A DNA stretch of 64,000 bases. Source: an uncultured delta proteobacterium (GTDB lineage: Bacteria > Desulfobacterota > Binatia > DP-6). The position numbers and the translations under genes are program-made. Where the stretch lies: contig CAWFFN010000007.1 of the NCBI GenBank assembly GCA_963815115.1, positions 672,001 to 736,000 on the forward strand. Direction: 5' to 3'. Shown here one piece after another: positions 11,216-21,645 of the stretch. Positions within the stretch are counted from its first letter, which is position 1. Every line of letters starts with the position of its first letter. The notes under the pieces were generated by a model that was not told the DNA's origin, searched no databases, and saw only the letters and a list, made by a program, of their open reading frames with translations.

Positions 11216-12439
11216 CTAGGGCTGAGCACCGCACAGCGTACCGTTCACGTCACATTGCGGCGTGATGCCCCGGCTCCGCTGCTGCTGATCCAGATCGTAG
11301 ATCGCCGCGTTCGTCGCTCCGTTGGGCTCGCATCCGCAGAGCTGACTCGCGCAGCAGCTGCACCCGGCGGCCTCCTCGACCTCGATGATCGCCCCGAGGT
11401 CGCAGGTGGAAAGCCCGCTGCACGCGGTACTGACCAGGTCGCGGTCGTTGCACTGACCGGTGCACAGGGTCGCATCGCAGGTGAAGCCGACCTGGATGCC
11501 GGCGCCCTGCTTGCACTGCTGGTATTCGCGGCACACTGCTGCGCAGCCCCCGCCGCTGTCGGCAGGCAGCGCCGTCGTCCCGGGGACGTAGAGCGGGCAG
11601 CCGCTGGCGCCGGGAGCGTCCGGAACGCAGCTCGCGGGAGCGGGGAAAGTCTGCGCGCCGGGCGCATAGGCCGCAGACCACACCTCACCGTCCGGCGGCG
11701 TGCACTGCTGGTCGTTCTCACCCAGCTGATACGGACCGTCATAGATCGGGCACGAGCACTGGACGATTCCGGGATTGCCCGTCCGGGTGCAGGGGGCCGT
11801 CATGCACCCGGCATACGGAGCCGCCGTCGTGCAGTTCGTCTGGCCGATGCCGTCCGTCGGAACGCAGTCGAAGCTGAACGTGGAGATCGAGTCGGCCCCC
11901 GGAATCAGCCGCCGTCGATTGATGGCGCGGCACACGGGCGCGGCATTGACGCGGGTGCAGCGACTGCCGTCGGCTCCGCAACGCTTGACGGTCTTGCGAT
12001 AGACCCCGGAGTTCAAGATGGCGTTGATGTCGACGAAGTACGCCCCGTACGGGATGGCGTAGCAGTTACAGTTGGCGAACCGGCCATCCTCCGTGAGCGT
12101 GCAGCCGATGCCCTCGGCCGTCGTGCTGGGTCCCGAGTAGTAGCAGAGTGCGAACGGGCCTCCCTGGCAGGAGAGGAAGTTGGAGCCTTTCAGCAGGATG
12201 TCCGCGTACGCCGCGACGGGCGTACAGTTCGCGCCCGTGCACCCCTGTGGCAGCTCCGTGGTCGCGTGTCGTGGACTGCTCCAGAACCGATAGCTGTTCG
12301 GGACAAAGTGAACCTGCCGTCGTCCGCTTGCCTCGGCGGACCGCCCCTGGTTCGGCTCGGCTGCGCCCGCGATGGTGTAGCCGAGTACGCTCGTCGCGAC
12401 GAGCGCCAGGAGAGCCCGTCCCAGTCCGCCAGATGTCAT
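11216..12439 (-). CDS. Secreted cysteine-rich hypothetical protein
   Basis: N-terminal signal-like hydrophobic stretch; 34 Cys in 407 aa; codon pattern typical of a real gene. Confidence 0.85.
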   Translation of the reverse strand: MTSGGLGRALLALVATSVLGYTIAGAAEPNQGRSAEASGRRQVHFVPNSYRFWSSPRHATTELPQGCTGANCTPVAAYADILLKGSNFLSCQGGPFALCYYSGPSTTAEGIGCTLTEDGRFANCNCYAIPYGAYFVDINAILNSGVYRKTVKRCGADGSRCTRVNAAPVCRAINRRRLIPGADSISTFSFDCVPTDGIGQTNCTTAAPYAGCMTAPCTRTGNPGIVQCSCPIYDGPYQLGENDQQCTPPDGEVWSAAYAPGAQTFPAPASCVPDAPGASGCPLYVPGTTALPADSGGGCAAVCREYQQCKQGAGIQVGFTCDATLCTGQCNDRDLVSTACSGLSTCDLGAIIEVEEAAGCSCCASQLCGCEPNGATNAAIYDLDQQQRSRGITPQCDVNGTLCGAQP

Positions 12440-12878
12440 CAGCTGCGTCCTCCGGAGCGATGTCTCGCGACCTCACAGCACGTGAGACGAGCCATCTTCC
12501 GCTGCGCGCCTGCCCCCAGGCGTCGTTCCCGGGTCGATCGGTTCCGCTGAGGGACTTGGCGAACTGGTCGGGTGAACGGGCCGAGGCCCGTAGTCACCAG
12601 TGTGTATCGTGGGTGCGCCTCGTCCGGCAAGCCGACCGCCGTTCGCCGCGCGCGGCCCATCCATGTCGGACACACGTCGCTCGACGCTCTCTCAGGGAGG
12701 GAACGAGTCCCGCCGATCTACACTTTACACATTCGATGCGCCGTGACGTGCAAATTGCCCGCGAAATTGCTGCGGAATCGGGGCTGACGCTTCGGCACCG
12801 CTCCTGCAGCACGTCGCCGAGTCAGCACGCGCGACGACAAGACACTCACACATTGCACGCACGCTAGATCGAAGCCGG

Positions 12879-13529
12879 GTGAAGCAGCAGAAGACCAGTT
12901 CGAGTGGGCAGCGTTCGGATGCTGCATCCTCCGAGACGTCGAGAGCTGCTCGGCTCCCCGGCCCCGACGTCATGCTCGGCATCCTACGCTCGGCGCACAC
13001 GGCGCCGCACGACCCGCGCCTCGGGTCCGTGCTGGAGGCCTTCCGCAAGAGCTGGCTCGCCCTCGGACGCCGGCGCTACTCCCGATTCCAAGACGACCTT
13101 GACGACGTGGTTCAGACCGCGCTCATCAAGCTCGTCTCGCCCGACAAGCTCGCCACCGTGCGCGATGCCGCGCGGCTCGAGGCGTGGGCTCGCAGCCTCT
13201 TCATCCGTTCCGTTCTCGACTTGGTCCGTGAGACGAGGCGGCACAGCCGCAGAACATACGTCGGTGCACCCGGTGACGATCCGGAGTGGGCCCTGCGCGA
13301 GTCGATTCCTGCCGAGCAGCCCACTCCCGAAGACCTGGCCGGGTACCGCGAGCGCCTCGCCATCGTCGCACGGGTTGCTTCCCGGCTGGAGGCCGCTCGG
13401 CTCAGGTTCGGGCAGGATCTTCCCGAGAAGGAGATCGCCAAACGGCAGGGCGTCAGCCGCCACTGCGTCGCCGGTCAGCTGAAACGCACGCGGAAGGCGC
13501 TTCGGCAGGCCTTTCAGGACGCCGAGTAG
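12879..13529 (+). CDS. ECF-like sigma-70 family RNA polymerase sigma factor
   Basis: Region 2-like DDLDDVVQTALIKL..EAWARSLFIRSVLDLVR; region 4 HTH LPEKEIAKRQGVSRHCVAGQLKRTRKALR. Confidence 0.75.
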   Translation: MKQQKTSSSGQRSDAASSETSRAARLPGPDVMLGILRSAHTAPHDPRLGSVLEAFRKSWLALGRRRYSRFQDDLDDVVQTALIKLVSPDKLATVRDAARLEAWARSLFIRSVLDLVRETRRHSRRTYVGAPGDDPEWALRESIPAEQPTPEDLAGYRERLAIVARVASRLEAARLRFGQDLPEKEIAKRQGVSRHCVAGQLKRTRKALRQAFQDAE

Positions 13530-13586
13530 CACGCGATCCCCGCGCAAGCCTGGAAGTCGCGCCGGTCCTCGGGCGCGCGCGACGGC

Positions 13587-15305
13587 TCAGAACCCCAGGG
13601 TGGACAGCGCGGCGGCGCCGACCCCGCTCGCCAGGAGGAGGTCGCGGCATTCTTCGTAGTACGGTGACGCCACGAAGCACGCGCTCGGCCCACCCGACGT
13701 CGCGGAGTTCAAGATCTTCAGCTGGAGATCGGCGGGCAGTGACCGGAACCGCTCCCGAGGCCCGCGGTACGCGGTGCAGCCGAGATACTGATCGAGGAGC
13801 GCATCCGGCATCTGCAGCAGGTACGTCCTCCCGCAGGCTTCGAACGCACGTGCGGCGCTCACGCGCTGCGAAATGGAGGTGCCGTAGGTCGTCGCGTCGA
13901 CGGCCTGAATGGCTCCCACCGCGATCGAGGCGTCATCCGTACCCTGGAGTCCCTCGTAGAGGTGGAACGGGTTCGCGAGCGGTGCCTGGGCGCGACGGAT
14001 CGCGTCGAAGTAGCCCCACCAGGACGTCCCACCAAGTCCGGAGGCGAGGGCCCGCAGCGTCGCCTTGCGGCTCCGTCGATGTCTTCCGGCAACGAACAGC
14101 TCGCCGCGATCGCTCCGGTCGGCGTCCCGAAGAACCATCACCGGGTAGACGCCGGCCTCCAGCGGAGGCACGGTGAAGCGCACCCCCTTGGCACGCCAGC
14201 TCTTCGCGACGACGTCACGTCCTTCGATCAGGAGCGTGCCGCGAGCAGCGGCGAAGCCCCGGCCCTCGACCCTGACCGTCCCCCCGACCCGGGTTCCGGC
14301 GGGCGGCTGCATGACGCGGGCGATCCTGAGCGATCCGCACCAGGGGTCGCTCCCGTCGGTGAGCCCGTTGCCGTCATTGTCCCGCCCGTCGTCGCACCGT
14401 TCGAGGGTGCATGCGTCTCCGCGCCCGTCGCCGTCCGAATCGATCTGGCGGAAGTTCGGCGCGTGCAGGCAGTCGTCGCAGGCGTCGCCGACGAGATCCT
14501 CGTCGGTGTCGAGCTGCAGCGGGTCGGGCACGGCTGGACATGCGTCGCAGACGTCGGCGACACCGTCGCCATCTCCATCGGGACCCTCGCAGCGCGCGCG
14601 ATCGAGCTGCACCGACACGTCGTAGACCACGTCGTCGAAATCCCAGTCGCCGAAGGCGCTCAGATCCTCGAACGCGAACTGCGTGAGCGGCGCCGACTGG
14701 CTCGCGAAGGCCACCACGTGGTCGCCGCCATATCGGCTCTGCGGGTCCGGGTTGAGGCGGCTCAGGGAGAAGTAGGCGGTAGGCTGCCTGGCGGGATCGT
14801 TGGCGGGGTTCGATGCCAGGAGCTCCGCGAGAGTCCCGCCATGCACGATGAAGAAGACGAGCAGGTCGCCGCCGGTCGCGCCGACGGTCACATCGGGGAC
14901 CGACGCGTCCGATCCCGCCGGGAAGATGACCGAGGATTTCCCGAGAGCCGCACGCAAGTATCCCGGCTCCGCGGGGCTCAGGCCTTCGACGGCTCCCCTC
15001 GCCTCGTCGACCCGGAACACTCCGAGCTCGTTCGGAACGCTCGCTTCCGCGAACACGAAGGCGAACTGAAGTTCGACCGGTCCCTCGCCCGGAACACGGA
15101 ATATCTCGACGTCGGGAATCGGAACGAAGTCGGGACACTTGAGCTGGACGCCACCGGCACCCTGATCGCCGCATACCGGGAGCCGGACGAGCGATGGAAT
15201 CTCGGGATCGGCGCGCCCGGCGCGGGGTGCCACGATCCCGATGGCGGCTGCGATGAGGGCCAGAGAACGAACGCGCAGAGACGGACGATGAAGCATGCGA
15301 AGCAT
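13587..15305 (-). CDS. Secreted protein with DUF4114-like domain, thrombospondin type-3 Ca-binding repeats and IPT/TIG-like domain
   Basis: Signal peptide; [15 protein letters not shown]; repeats [15 protein letters not shown] and [14 protein letters not shown]; [18 protein letters not shown]. Confidence 0.8.
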   Translation of the reverse strand: MLRMLHRPSLRVRSLALIAAAIGIVAPRAGRADPEIPSLVRLPVCGDQGAGGVQLKCPDFVPIPDVEIFRVPGEGPVELQFAFVFAEASVPNELGVFRVDEARGAVEGLSPAEPGYLRAALGKSSVIFPAGSDASVPDVTVGATGGDLLVFFIVHGGTLAELLASNPANDPARQPTAYFSLSRLNPDPQSRYGGDHVVAFASQSAPLTQFAFEDLSAFGDWDFDDVVYDVSVQLDRARCEGPDGDGDGVADVCDACPAVPDPLQLDTDEDLVGDACDDCLHAPNFRQIDSDGDGRGDACTLERCDDGRDNDGNGLTDGSDPWCGSLRIARVMQPPAGTRVGGTVRVEGRGFAAARGTLLIEGRDVVAKSWRAKGVRFTVPPLEAGVYPVMVLRDADRSDRGELFVAGRHRRSRKATLRALASGLGGTSWWGYFDAIRRAQAPLANPFHLYEGLQGTDDASIAVGAIQAVDATTYGTSISQRVSAARAFEACGRTYLLQMPDALLDQYLGCTAYRGPRERFRSLPADLQLKILNSATSGGPSACFVASPYYEECRDLLLASGVGAAALSTLGF

Positions 15306-15570
15306 GTGCAATCGTGGTGCCCCACAACCACGCACCCGTCACCTGTCGCGGAACCTCGCGTATTGTCGGCGAATGCGAGAGTCTGCGAGAGGCCGGGCAG
15401 GTTCGGAATCTGTGCATATCCCGGGCATAACCTTCGCGGGTTGTAGGACATACAATCGGGGCAGCGGGGGGCGCTCCAGGCACCACGAATCCTTCGACAC
15501 GGGCGCGGACCCGCTGCCGCCACGCCGTCTCCGGCGCGACAAACGCCTTGCGGCCGCGGAACCCGGGCGT

Positions 15571-16113
15571 GCCGCCACGAATCGGGACCTGGAAGCAGCC
15601 ATGGCCGGGGGCGAGTTCCGGAGCGACCTCTTCTATCGGCTGAACGTGTTCCCGATCGAGGTGCCCCCACTGCGTGAGCGCAAGGAGGACATTCCCCTGC
15701 TGGTCGCATACTTCGTCGACCGCTACGCGAGCAAGACGGGGAAGACCATCCGAACTCTCGACAGGCGAACCGTGAACGTCCTCCGGGCGTATCGCTGGCC
15801 GGGCAATGTCCGGGAGCTGCAGAACGTGATCGAGCGGTCGGTGATCGTCTGTGAAACGGACACGTTCGTCGTCGCCGACGGCTGGCTGTCTCGGGAGTCC
15901 ATCCCGGCGCCGCTGCCGGCGCAGTCTCTCGCTGAAGAGCTGGTCGCTCGCGAGAGGCACCTGATCGAGGCGGCCCTGGCCGATACCAGGGGGCGGATAT
16001 CCGGACCATCGGGGGCCGCGGCACGGCTCGGCATTCCCTCCTCGACGCTGGAATCGAAGATCAAGGCACTGGGGATCGCGAAGGGGCGGTTCAAGGTCGG
16101 TCGACCTCGCTGA
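15571..16113 (+). pseudogene. C-terminal fragment of sigma-54-dependent activator (FhlA/NtrC-like)
   Basis: [41 protein letters not shown] plus a Fis HTH. Walker A/B and GAFTGA are absent and the upstream sequence is unrelated. Confidence 0.8.
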
Positions 16114-16285
16114 TGCGGACGCCGCTCGCACCGCGGGGAGGTCCCGCTGCGATCAGGGTCCGAGCATCGCGAACCCGTTGCAAAGCGTGAGCGCGCTCAC
16201 GGTCCCGGGAGCATCGAAGGTGACCACCAGCCGCACGCTGTCGCGCCGGGTCGCGCAACGCGACGTGCGATGGCAGGATCCCGAG

Positions 16286-16996
16286 ATGCCCCGAACCATC
16301 GTCCTCGTCCACGGCGCCTGGCACGGCGCGTGGTGCTGGGCGCCGCTGCAGGCGACGCTCGATGCTGCCGGTGCGCCGAGCCTCGCACTCGACCTACCCG
16401 GCCATTCGACCTCCCCGGAGCCCTTGGGTGACCTCTACGGCGACGGAGCCGCGGTCGGTCGACTCCTGGACACCGTGGCTGGCGACGTCGTCCTCGTCGG
16501 CCACTCCTACGGTGGGGCGGTCATCTCCGAGGCGGCGAGGGACCGCACGAACGTCTCGCACCTCGTTTACGTCGCGGCCTTCTGCCTCGAGGTCGACGAA
16601 TCGGTGCTCGGGTTCTCTCGTGTCCAGCCGGACCAGGACTACGCACTCGCGAAGGCCCTCGTGTTCGCCGAGGACGGCACCACCGTCACGGTCGATCCGT
16701 CACTCGCCCGGGAGGCGTTCTACGGCGACTGTACGGACAACCAAGCTGCGGCCGCGATCCCGAGACTCGGTGCCCAGCCGCTCGCGACCTTCACCCAGTC
16801 CCAGCGGTCAGCGCCCTGGAAGGTACTGCCGTCGACCTACCTGCTGGCGGAGCGTGACAACGCCGTCCCCGGGTCGCACCAAGAAGTCATGGCCCCTCGG
16901 TGTGGCACCGTGGTGCGGCTCGACAGCGACCATTCGCCGTTCATGAGCCACACCGCACGGCTCGCCAGCCTGCTGGTGTCCCTCGCGTCGGCGTGA
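16286..16996 (+). CDS. Alpha/beta hydrolase (Abhydrolase_6-like)
   Basis: VLVHGAWHGAWCW, nucleophile GHSYGG, terminal DHSPF. Confidence 0.9.
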   Translation: MPRTIVLVHGAWHGAWCWAPLQATLDAAGAPSLALDLPGHSTSPEPLGDLYGDGAAVGRLLDTVAGDVVLVGHSYGGAVISEAARDRTNVSHLVYVAAFCLEVDESVLGFSRVQPDQDYALAKALVFAEDGTTVTVDPSLAREAFYGDCTDNQAAAAIPRLGAQPLATFTQSQRSAPWKVLPSTYLLAERDNAVPGSHQEVMAPRCGTVVRLDSDHSPFMSHTARLASLLVSLASA

Positions 16997-17432
16997 GGCA
17001 CCCCTCGACGAGGATACGAACACGTGGCTGGAGAGTCCCGACCCGAGCTGCATGCGGCGATCGCCGAGCTGGTGGAGCGTGACGTAGAACGCGCGCCAGT
17101 GGGTATCGTTGCGTCCCGCCCTGTCGCCATTCGCTCGGCCCCACCATGACCGCGCGTGGCGCTGGTGCGGCGCGCGAAGCTTCACGACGCGGCCAACGCT
17201 TCCGTCCCGCGAGTTCTCCGAGACGCGCCCGGCGGAAGGCGCGTAGCATGCCCCCGCAGATCGATGGCCTCCTGCGACGATGGAGTGCCGCAGAGGCCTC
17301 GAGACACGTAGCCGATGACGACGTGTGGGGATTCCTGACGATCAGAGATCCTGAACGCGCCGGCCACCATCAGCGCAAGTAGCACCACCCCGTCGCAGGC
17401 CGATCGCCGCGCAGTCGCCGCGGGGGTGGAGA

Positions 17433-17477
17433 TGGCGGCGGGCCGGATCGAACAGCCGACCTAGGGATTATGAGACC
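17433..17477 (-). repeat. att site: duplicated 3' half of tRNA-Met
   Basis: tggcggcgggccggatcgaac(a/g)gccgacctagggattatgagacc is shared with 31592-31636. Confidence 0.92.
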
Positions 17478-17639
17478 GTTTCGAGGCGTGGGTGGGACAA
17501 GACACTTTTAGCAAAGACGAGCACTTAGATGCGACCGAGTGAGACGGAGATGGACCGAAAACGACCCGACCGTTGCACCAGGAATGGCACTAGCGGGCTA
17601 GCATGGTGGCGCGCCGTGGGTCGCAGCCTTGTGGGGGTA

Positions 17640-17666
17640 TTGACTTGTACGGCAATCAGCCGTACA
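17640..17666 (+). promoter_or_regulatory. TA promoter -35 (TTGACT) with adjacent palindromic operator TGTACGGC-N5-GCCGTACA
   Basis: Perfect 8-bp inverted repeat at 17646-17666, directly upstream of the antitoxin start. Confidence 0.75.
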
Positions 17667-17670
17667 GGCC

Positions 17671-17952
17671 ATGCCTATGAACACGGCCGCCCGTAGTCAG
17701 CGCCTCGAGGCACGCGTTACCCCCGAGCAGAAGAAGCGCCTTCAGCAGGCAGCTGACCTGCAGGGCCAGACCGTGACCGCCTTCGTCGTCAGCAGCGCGC
17801 AGGAAGCGGCCGCCCGCACGATCCAGGAGCACACCATCATGACCCTGAGCGAGCGGGATCGGGAAGTCTTCGTGTCTGCGTTGCTCACCCCGACCGTCCC
17901 CATAGGCAGACTGGCGAAGGCGGCGCGGCGGTACAAGCGGCTTCGCGGCTGA
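17671..17952 (+). CDS. DUF1778 ribbon-helix-helix antitoxin (AtaR/TacA family)
   Basis: RLEARVTPEQKKRLQQAADLQGQTVTAFVVSSA..LSERDREVFVSAL. Confidence 0.92.
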   Translation: MPMNTAARSQRLEARVTPEQKKRLQQAADLQGQTVTAFVVSSAQEAAARTIQEHTIMTLSERDREVFVSALLTPTVPIGRLAKAARRYKRLRG

Positions 17953-18477
17953 GTGACTGCCGCTCCTGCGCCACCATACATCATCGAGCCGCTCGACTTC
18001 CGGCGGCACGATCGGAAGGCGTTCTACTGCGGCACGCCCCAACTCGACCGGTACCTCCGGGAGCAAGCGGGGCAAGACGCCCGAAGGAAGATTGCTGCCC
18101 CATTCGTCGCCATCGTTCCGGGCACGCTCGCCGTGGCCGGCTACTACACCTTGTCCGCACTCAGCGTCTTGGTCACTGACCTCCCCGCCGAGATCGCCAA
18201 GAAGCTCCCCCGACGTCAGGGCGTCCCCGTCACGTTGCTCGGGCGGCTGGCGGTGGACGCGCAGCACCAGGGAAAGGGTCTGGGTGAGTTCTTGTTGATG
18301 GATGCCCTCGCCCGGAGCCTCAAGGGAAGCGAGGACGTGGCGTCCATGGCGGTGGTCGTCGATGCGATCGACGATCGGGCGCGCGCGTTCTACGAGCACT
18401 TCGAGTTGATCGCCCTGCCCGATCAGCCGCGACGCCTGTTCCTTCCGATGCACGCCGTCGCGATGCTCCTCGGCTGA
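17953..18477 (+). CDS. GNAT acetyltransferase toxin (AtaT/TacT family)
   Basis: HDRKAFYCG..LDRYL, GYYTLSA, LLGRLAVD..QGKGLG, VVVDA..A..FYEHF; abuts the antitoxin. Confidence 0.92.
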   Translation: MTAAPAPPYIIEPLDFRRHDRKAFYCGTPQLDRYLREQAGQDARRKIAAPFVAIVPGTLAVAGYYTLSALSVLVTDLPAEIAKKLPRRQGVPVTLLGRLAVDAQHQGKGLGEFLLMDALARSLKGSEDVASMAVVVDAIDDRARAFYEHFELIALPDQPRRLFLPMHAVAMLLG

Positions 18478-18614
18478 AGGGATGACGCCCAAAAGCCGAC
18501 CGCTGGTGACCGAGCAGCGTCACAGGCGCAACGGCCAGCGCAGGCCCCCGTCCGGCCACCGCTCCGTGGACGCGCGTGGACGCAGTCGGCCGCACAGGTT
18601 TCGTGCCGCGCGCC

Positions 18615-18661
18615 ATACCCGTCGTCTAGTCCGGCCGAGGACGTCGGCCTTTCACGCCGGT
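18615..18661 (+). pseudogene. 5' half of tRNA-Glu(TTC), T-arm missing
   Basis: atacccg-tc-gtctagtccggccgaggac-g-tcggc-CTTTCAC-gccgg gives a Glu-type D arm and anticodon arm; no GTTCGA follows. Confidence 0.65.
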
Positions 18662-19387
18662 GGGGCCTGCTATCGGGGTGCAACGGATGTTGCCCTCCGA
18701 TGGCGAAGACGCAAGTGCCGCAAGGGTTTCCGCGACGGATGGCAACCGCCCTCTCGATGCTGCTGAGTGGCGGTTGCCACACGTTCGCGCACAAACCGCA
18801 CACAGTCTACGCGCGTGGCGCACTGCCCAGCGCAGGCCCCGCTGGCTACCGAGCCGTTGACGCGCGTTGACGCCGACGCCGACGGGCCCGATAGTACCTC
18901 GGGCGACAGGCGCGCCGAGTGGTGGTCCCTGAAGAGGTACTCCTGCCGCAGCCCGTCCCGACGGGACGCCGCACCACTCTGGACCGTCGGCGTCGCCTGC
19001 CGCACGGATCGGCACGAGCCTGGCGCACGATGGGTCGCCTGAAGAGCCGGTGCATGGCCGACGCCGCGTGATGCAGCAGGGGCCGTGCTCCGATGGGCCA
19101 CGAACGAAGGTGCGCGCGGCGGTGCGCACTGACCAGCACCGGCCCTCACAGTCTGCAGCTTCGTTGACGCTTGCCAACCCAGCCCGTCGGGCGCGGCGGC
19201 GGGGCACGGTACTGACATCGTCGAGAAGAGGAAGGAGTACCAAAGGGGTATTCGCCCTTCGCGCCGACCGGCCACCGGCTCGGCGCGTCTCCCAGCCCGG
19301 CGCTGTTCCGGAACGAGCGCGACCGCAGGGGCCGTTGGCAGCAGTGGGCGCCCGCCGCAGGCGGCCCGCCGGCGCCGACTCGATCCT

Positions 19388-20204
19388 CTACTTCTGCTGG
19401 ACGGTCCCGTTGCCGCCTCGGAGCGGGATCGGATTGGTCCGCGTGCCGACCTGGTGGTACAGGGCGCCACCCGGTTTGTGGATCGAGAGCGCATACATAT
19501 CGGACGAGCCGCCCGCGCCGCCGTCGAAGAAGTCCACCCGGAAGGTGAAGTTGCCGCCGCCGATGCCCGGCACGGCGCGCCCCGTCCGCGGATCGACCGC
19601 CGTGATCGTGCAGTTGCCGGCGAAGAAGGCCACCTGCGGGCTGCTGATCACCAACGCGCCGCTCACCCACGACGTGGACTTCATGACGTAGTCGTAGCCG
19701 TCGGCGCCGAGGAACGAGTACGAGGCGTGGCCTATCGGACCCGTCGACCCGGGCTGGAACCGGACGTCGAACCTGAGGTGGCCCTTCGGATTGGTCGACG
19801 AGACCGGAACGGGCATGTTCCTGTACGAGGGATCGATCACCCAACTGCGGCGTCTGATCCACGCGCCCGGGGAGGGAGCGTAGACGGTGAGCATGTCAGG
19901 GTCGCTCGCCGGTCCGCTGTAGCGGGTGTTTGCCGGATCGACCCGGACCACGACCGTGTAGGTGTCGGCGCCGAGGGAGAGCGAGGCGCCTGTGACGAGC
20001 CCCGAGGCGTCGACGGTCCCGGGGACGATCACGTCCGGAGTGCTCATCGAGAGGTTGCCGGAGCCGTAGAGCAGGAACTGGGCAGACGCCTGGGTGAGAT
20101 CGCCCGGATTGCCGTCCACCTCCTGGGCGAGCTGGCCCGTGAGCGTGACGGTCGCGGTCGTCACCGTTGCCGAGCCGGTGGAGACGTAGTTCGGTGCGAC
20201 GTAG
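19388..20204 (-). pseudogene. C-terminal part of a large secreted beta-rich protein, N-terminus removed by IS3 insertion/deletion
   Basis: Coherent Ser/Thr/Gly-rich reading ending GGNGTVQQK*; the 5' end runs directly into IS3 orfB sequence. Confidence 0.65.
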
Positions 20205-20269
20205 GCGGCGGGCATCGCGCCGTCCGTCGGCACGGTCGGTGACTCCTATGACAACGCCCTCGCCGAATC

Positions 20270-21645
20270 GGGCTAAGATCAGCAGGTGTGTAAAAGAGGA
20301 TCGGGCGACGTAACCTTCCGGCTGCCGAAGCCAGACCCGGTTGGCGCCGGGTGGAAGGAGACATCGCCCATGAGGAGACGTAGCAGAGAGGAGCGCCCGA
20401 GGACCAGGCCGACGTGGGAGACGTTGGAGGGCTGGGTCCGGGAGAAGGTCCAGGAGTTCGTGCAGGATCTCTTGGAGGTGGAGGTGACGGAGTTGCTCGG
20501 TCGCCAGCGACACGAGCGGCGGGCCGGGATCGATGCGCCGGTCGGCTACCGCAACGGCTACGGGAAGCCGCGGCGGCTGGCGATGCAGACCGGGACGCTC
20601 GTGGTGCAGCGGCCGCGGGTGCGCGGGCTCGAGGAGCACTTCGAGAGTCGGGTGCTGCCGCTGTTCGCGCGGCGCACCGAGCAAGTGGCCGATCTGTTGC
20701 CCGAGCTCTACCTGCACGGGTTGGCCCAAGGGGACTTCGAGCTGGCGTTGCGAGGCCTGCTCGGCGACGGCGCGCCGTTGAGTGCGAAGTCGATCGAGCG
20801 CCTGCGAGCGAAGTTCGTGCGCGACTACGACCTGTGGAAGACCCGCCGGTTCGACGAGCACGAACTCGTGTACGCGTGGGCCGACGGGATCTATGTGCGC
20901 GCCGGGCTCGAGCGGGAGAAGGCGGCGTTGCTCGTGATCATCGGGGCGCTGCGCGACGGGCGCAAGGAAGTGCTCGCGGTCGTGCCCGGCTACCGCGAGT
21001 CGACCGACTCGTGGCGCGGGGTGCTGCGCGACTTGCGCGACCGCGGGCTCCAGGTGCCGAAGCTGCTGGCGGCCGACGGCGCTGCGGGGATCTGGGCCGC
21101 CGTCGCCGAGATCTGGCCCGGGGCCGCCGAGCAGCGGTGCTGGAATCACAAGATCGTGAACGTGTTGACCCAGCTCCCGAAGAAAGTGCAGGCCGCGGCA
21201 CGGGAGGCCTTGGCCGCGATCCCCTACGCGCCCACGCGCGCGGACGCCGAGCGCCGGCGCGATGCGTTCGCGAAGACGTACCGACGCGTGTACCCGCGCG
21301 CGGTCGAGATTCTCGAGACGGATTGGGACCGCCTCGTGACCTTCTACGATTTCCCGGAGGGCCACTGGAAGCATCTGCGGACGACGAACGTGATCGAGTC
21401 GCCGTTCGCGGCCGTGCGCCTGCGGACCGACGCGGCGAAGCGGTTCAAGAAGGTTGACAACGCGACGGCGCTGCTGTGGCGGTTGCTCATGGTCGCCGAA
21501 CGGCGCTTCCGCCGCCTCGATGCGCCCGAGTTGCTCGCCGCGGTCTACGACGGGAGGAAGTTCGAGGACGGAAAGCTCGTCAAGGAGAAGGCGCTGAAGG
21601 CCGCCGCCTGATCCTCAGGATTTACACACCGATTGACGCGAGCCC
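20270..21645 (+). mobile_element. IS256-family element, complete
   Basis: Terminal IRs gggct..ggtgtgtaaa / tttacacacc..agccc; 8-bp target duplication GCCGAATC (20262-20269, 21646-21653). Confidence 0.93.
20370..21611 (+). CDS. IS256 family transposase
   Basis: YRNGY, WADGIY, AADGAAG, QRCWNHK and LRTTNVIESPF motifs; AAGGAG RBS. Confidence 0.95.
   Translation: MRRRSREERPRTRPTWETLEGWVREKVQEFVQDLLEVEVTELLGRQRHERRAGIDAPVGYRNGYGKPRRLAMQTGTLVVQRPRVRGLEEHFESRVLPLFARRTEQVADLLPELYLHGLAQGDFELALRGLLGDGAPLSAKSIERLRAKFVRDYDLWKTRRFDEHELVYAWADGIYVRAGLEREKAALLVIIGALRDGRKEVLAVVPGYRESTDSWRGVLRDLRDRGLQVPKLLAADGAAGIWAAVAEIWPGAAEQRCWNHKIVNVLTQLPKKVQAAAREALAAIPYAPTRADAERRRDAFAKTYRRVYPRAVEILETDWDRLVTFYDFPEGHWKHLRTTNVIESPFAAVRLRTDAAKRFKKVDNATALLWRLLMVAERRFRRLDAPELLAAVYDGRKFEDGKLVKEKALKAAA

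Noticed and set aside
16997-17430. Short ORFs left of the att site
   Set aside because: No recognisable motifs, RBS or consistent frame.
18690-19380. Overlapping ORFs downstream of the TA pair
   Set aside because: Low-complexity translations on both strands with no family signal; probably decayed DNA.
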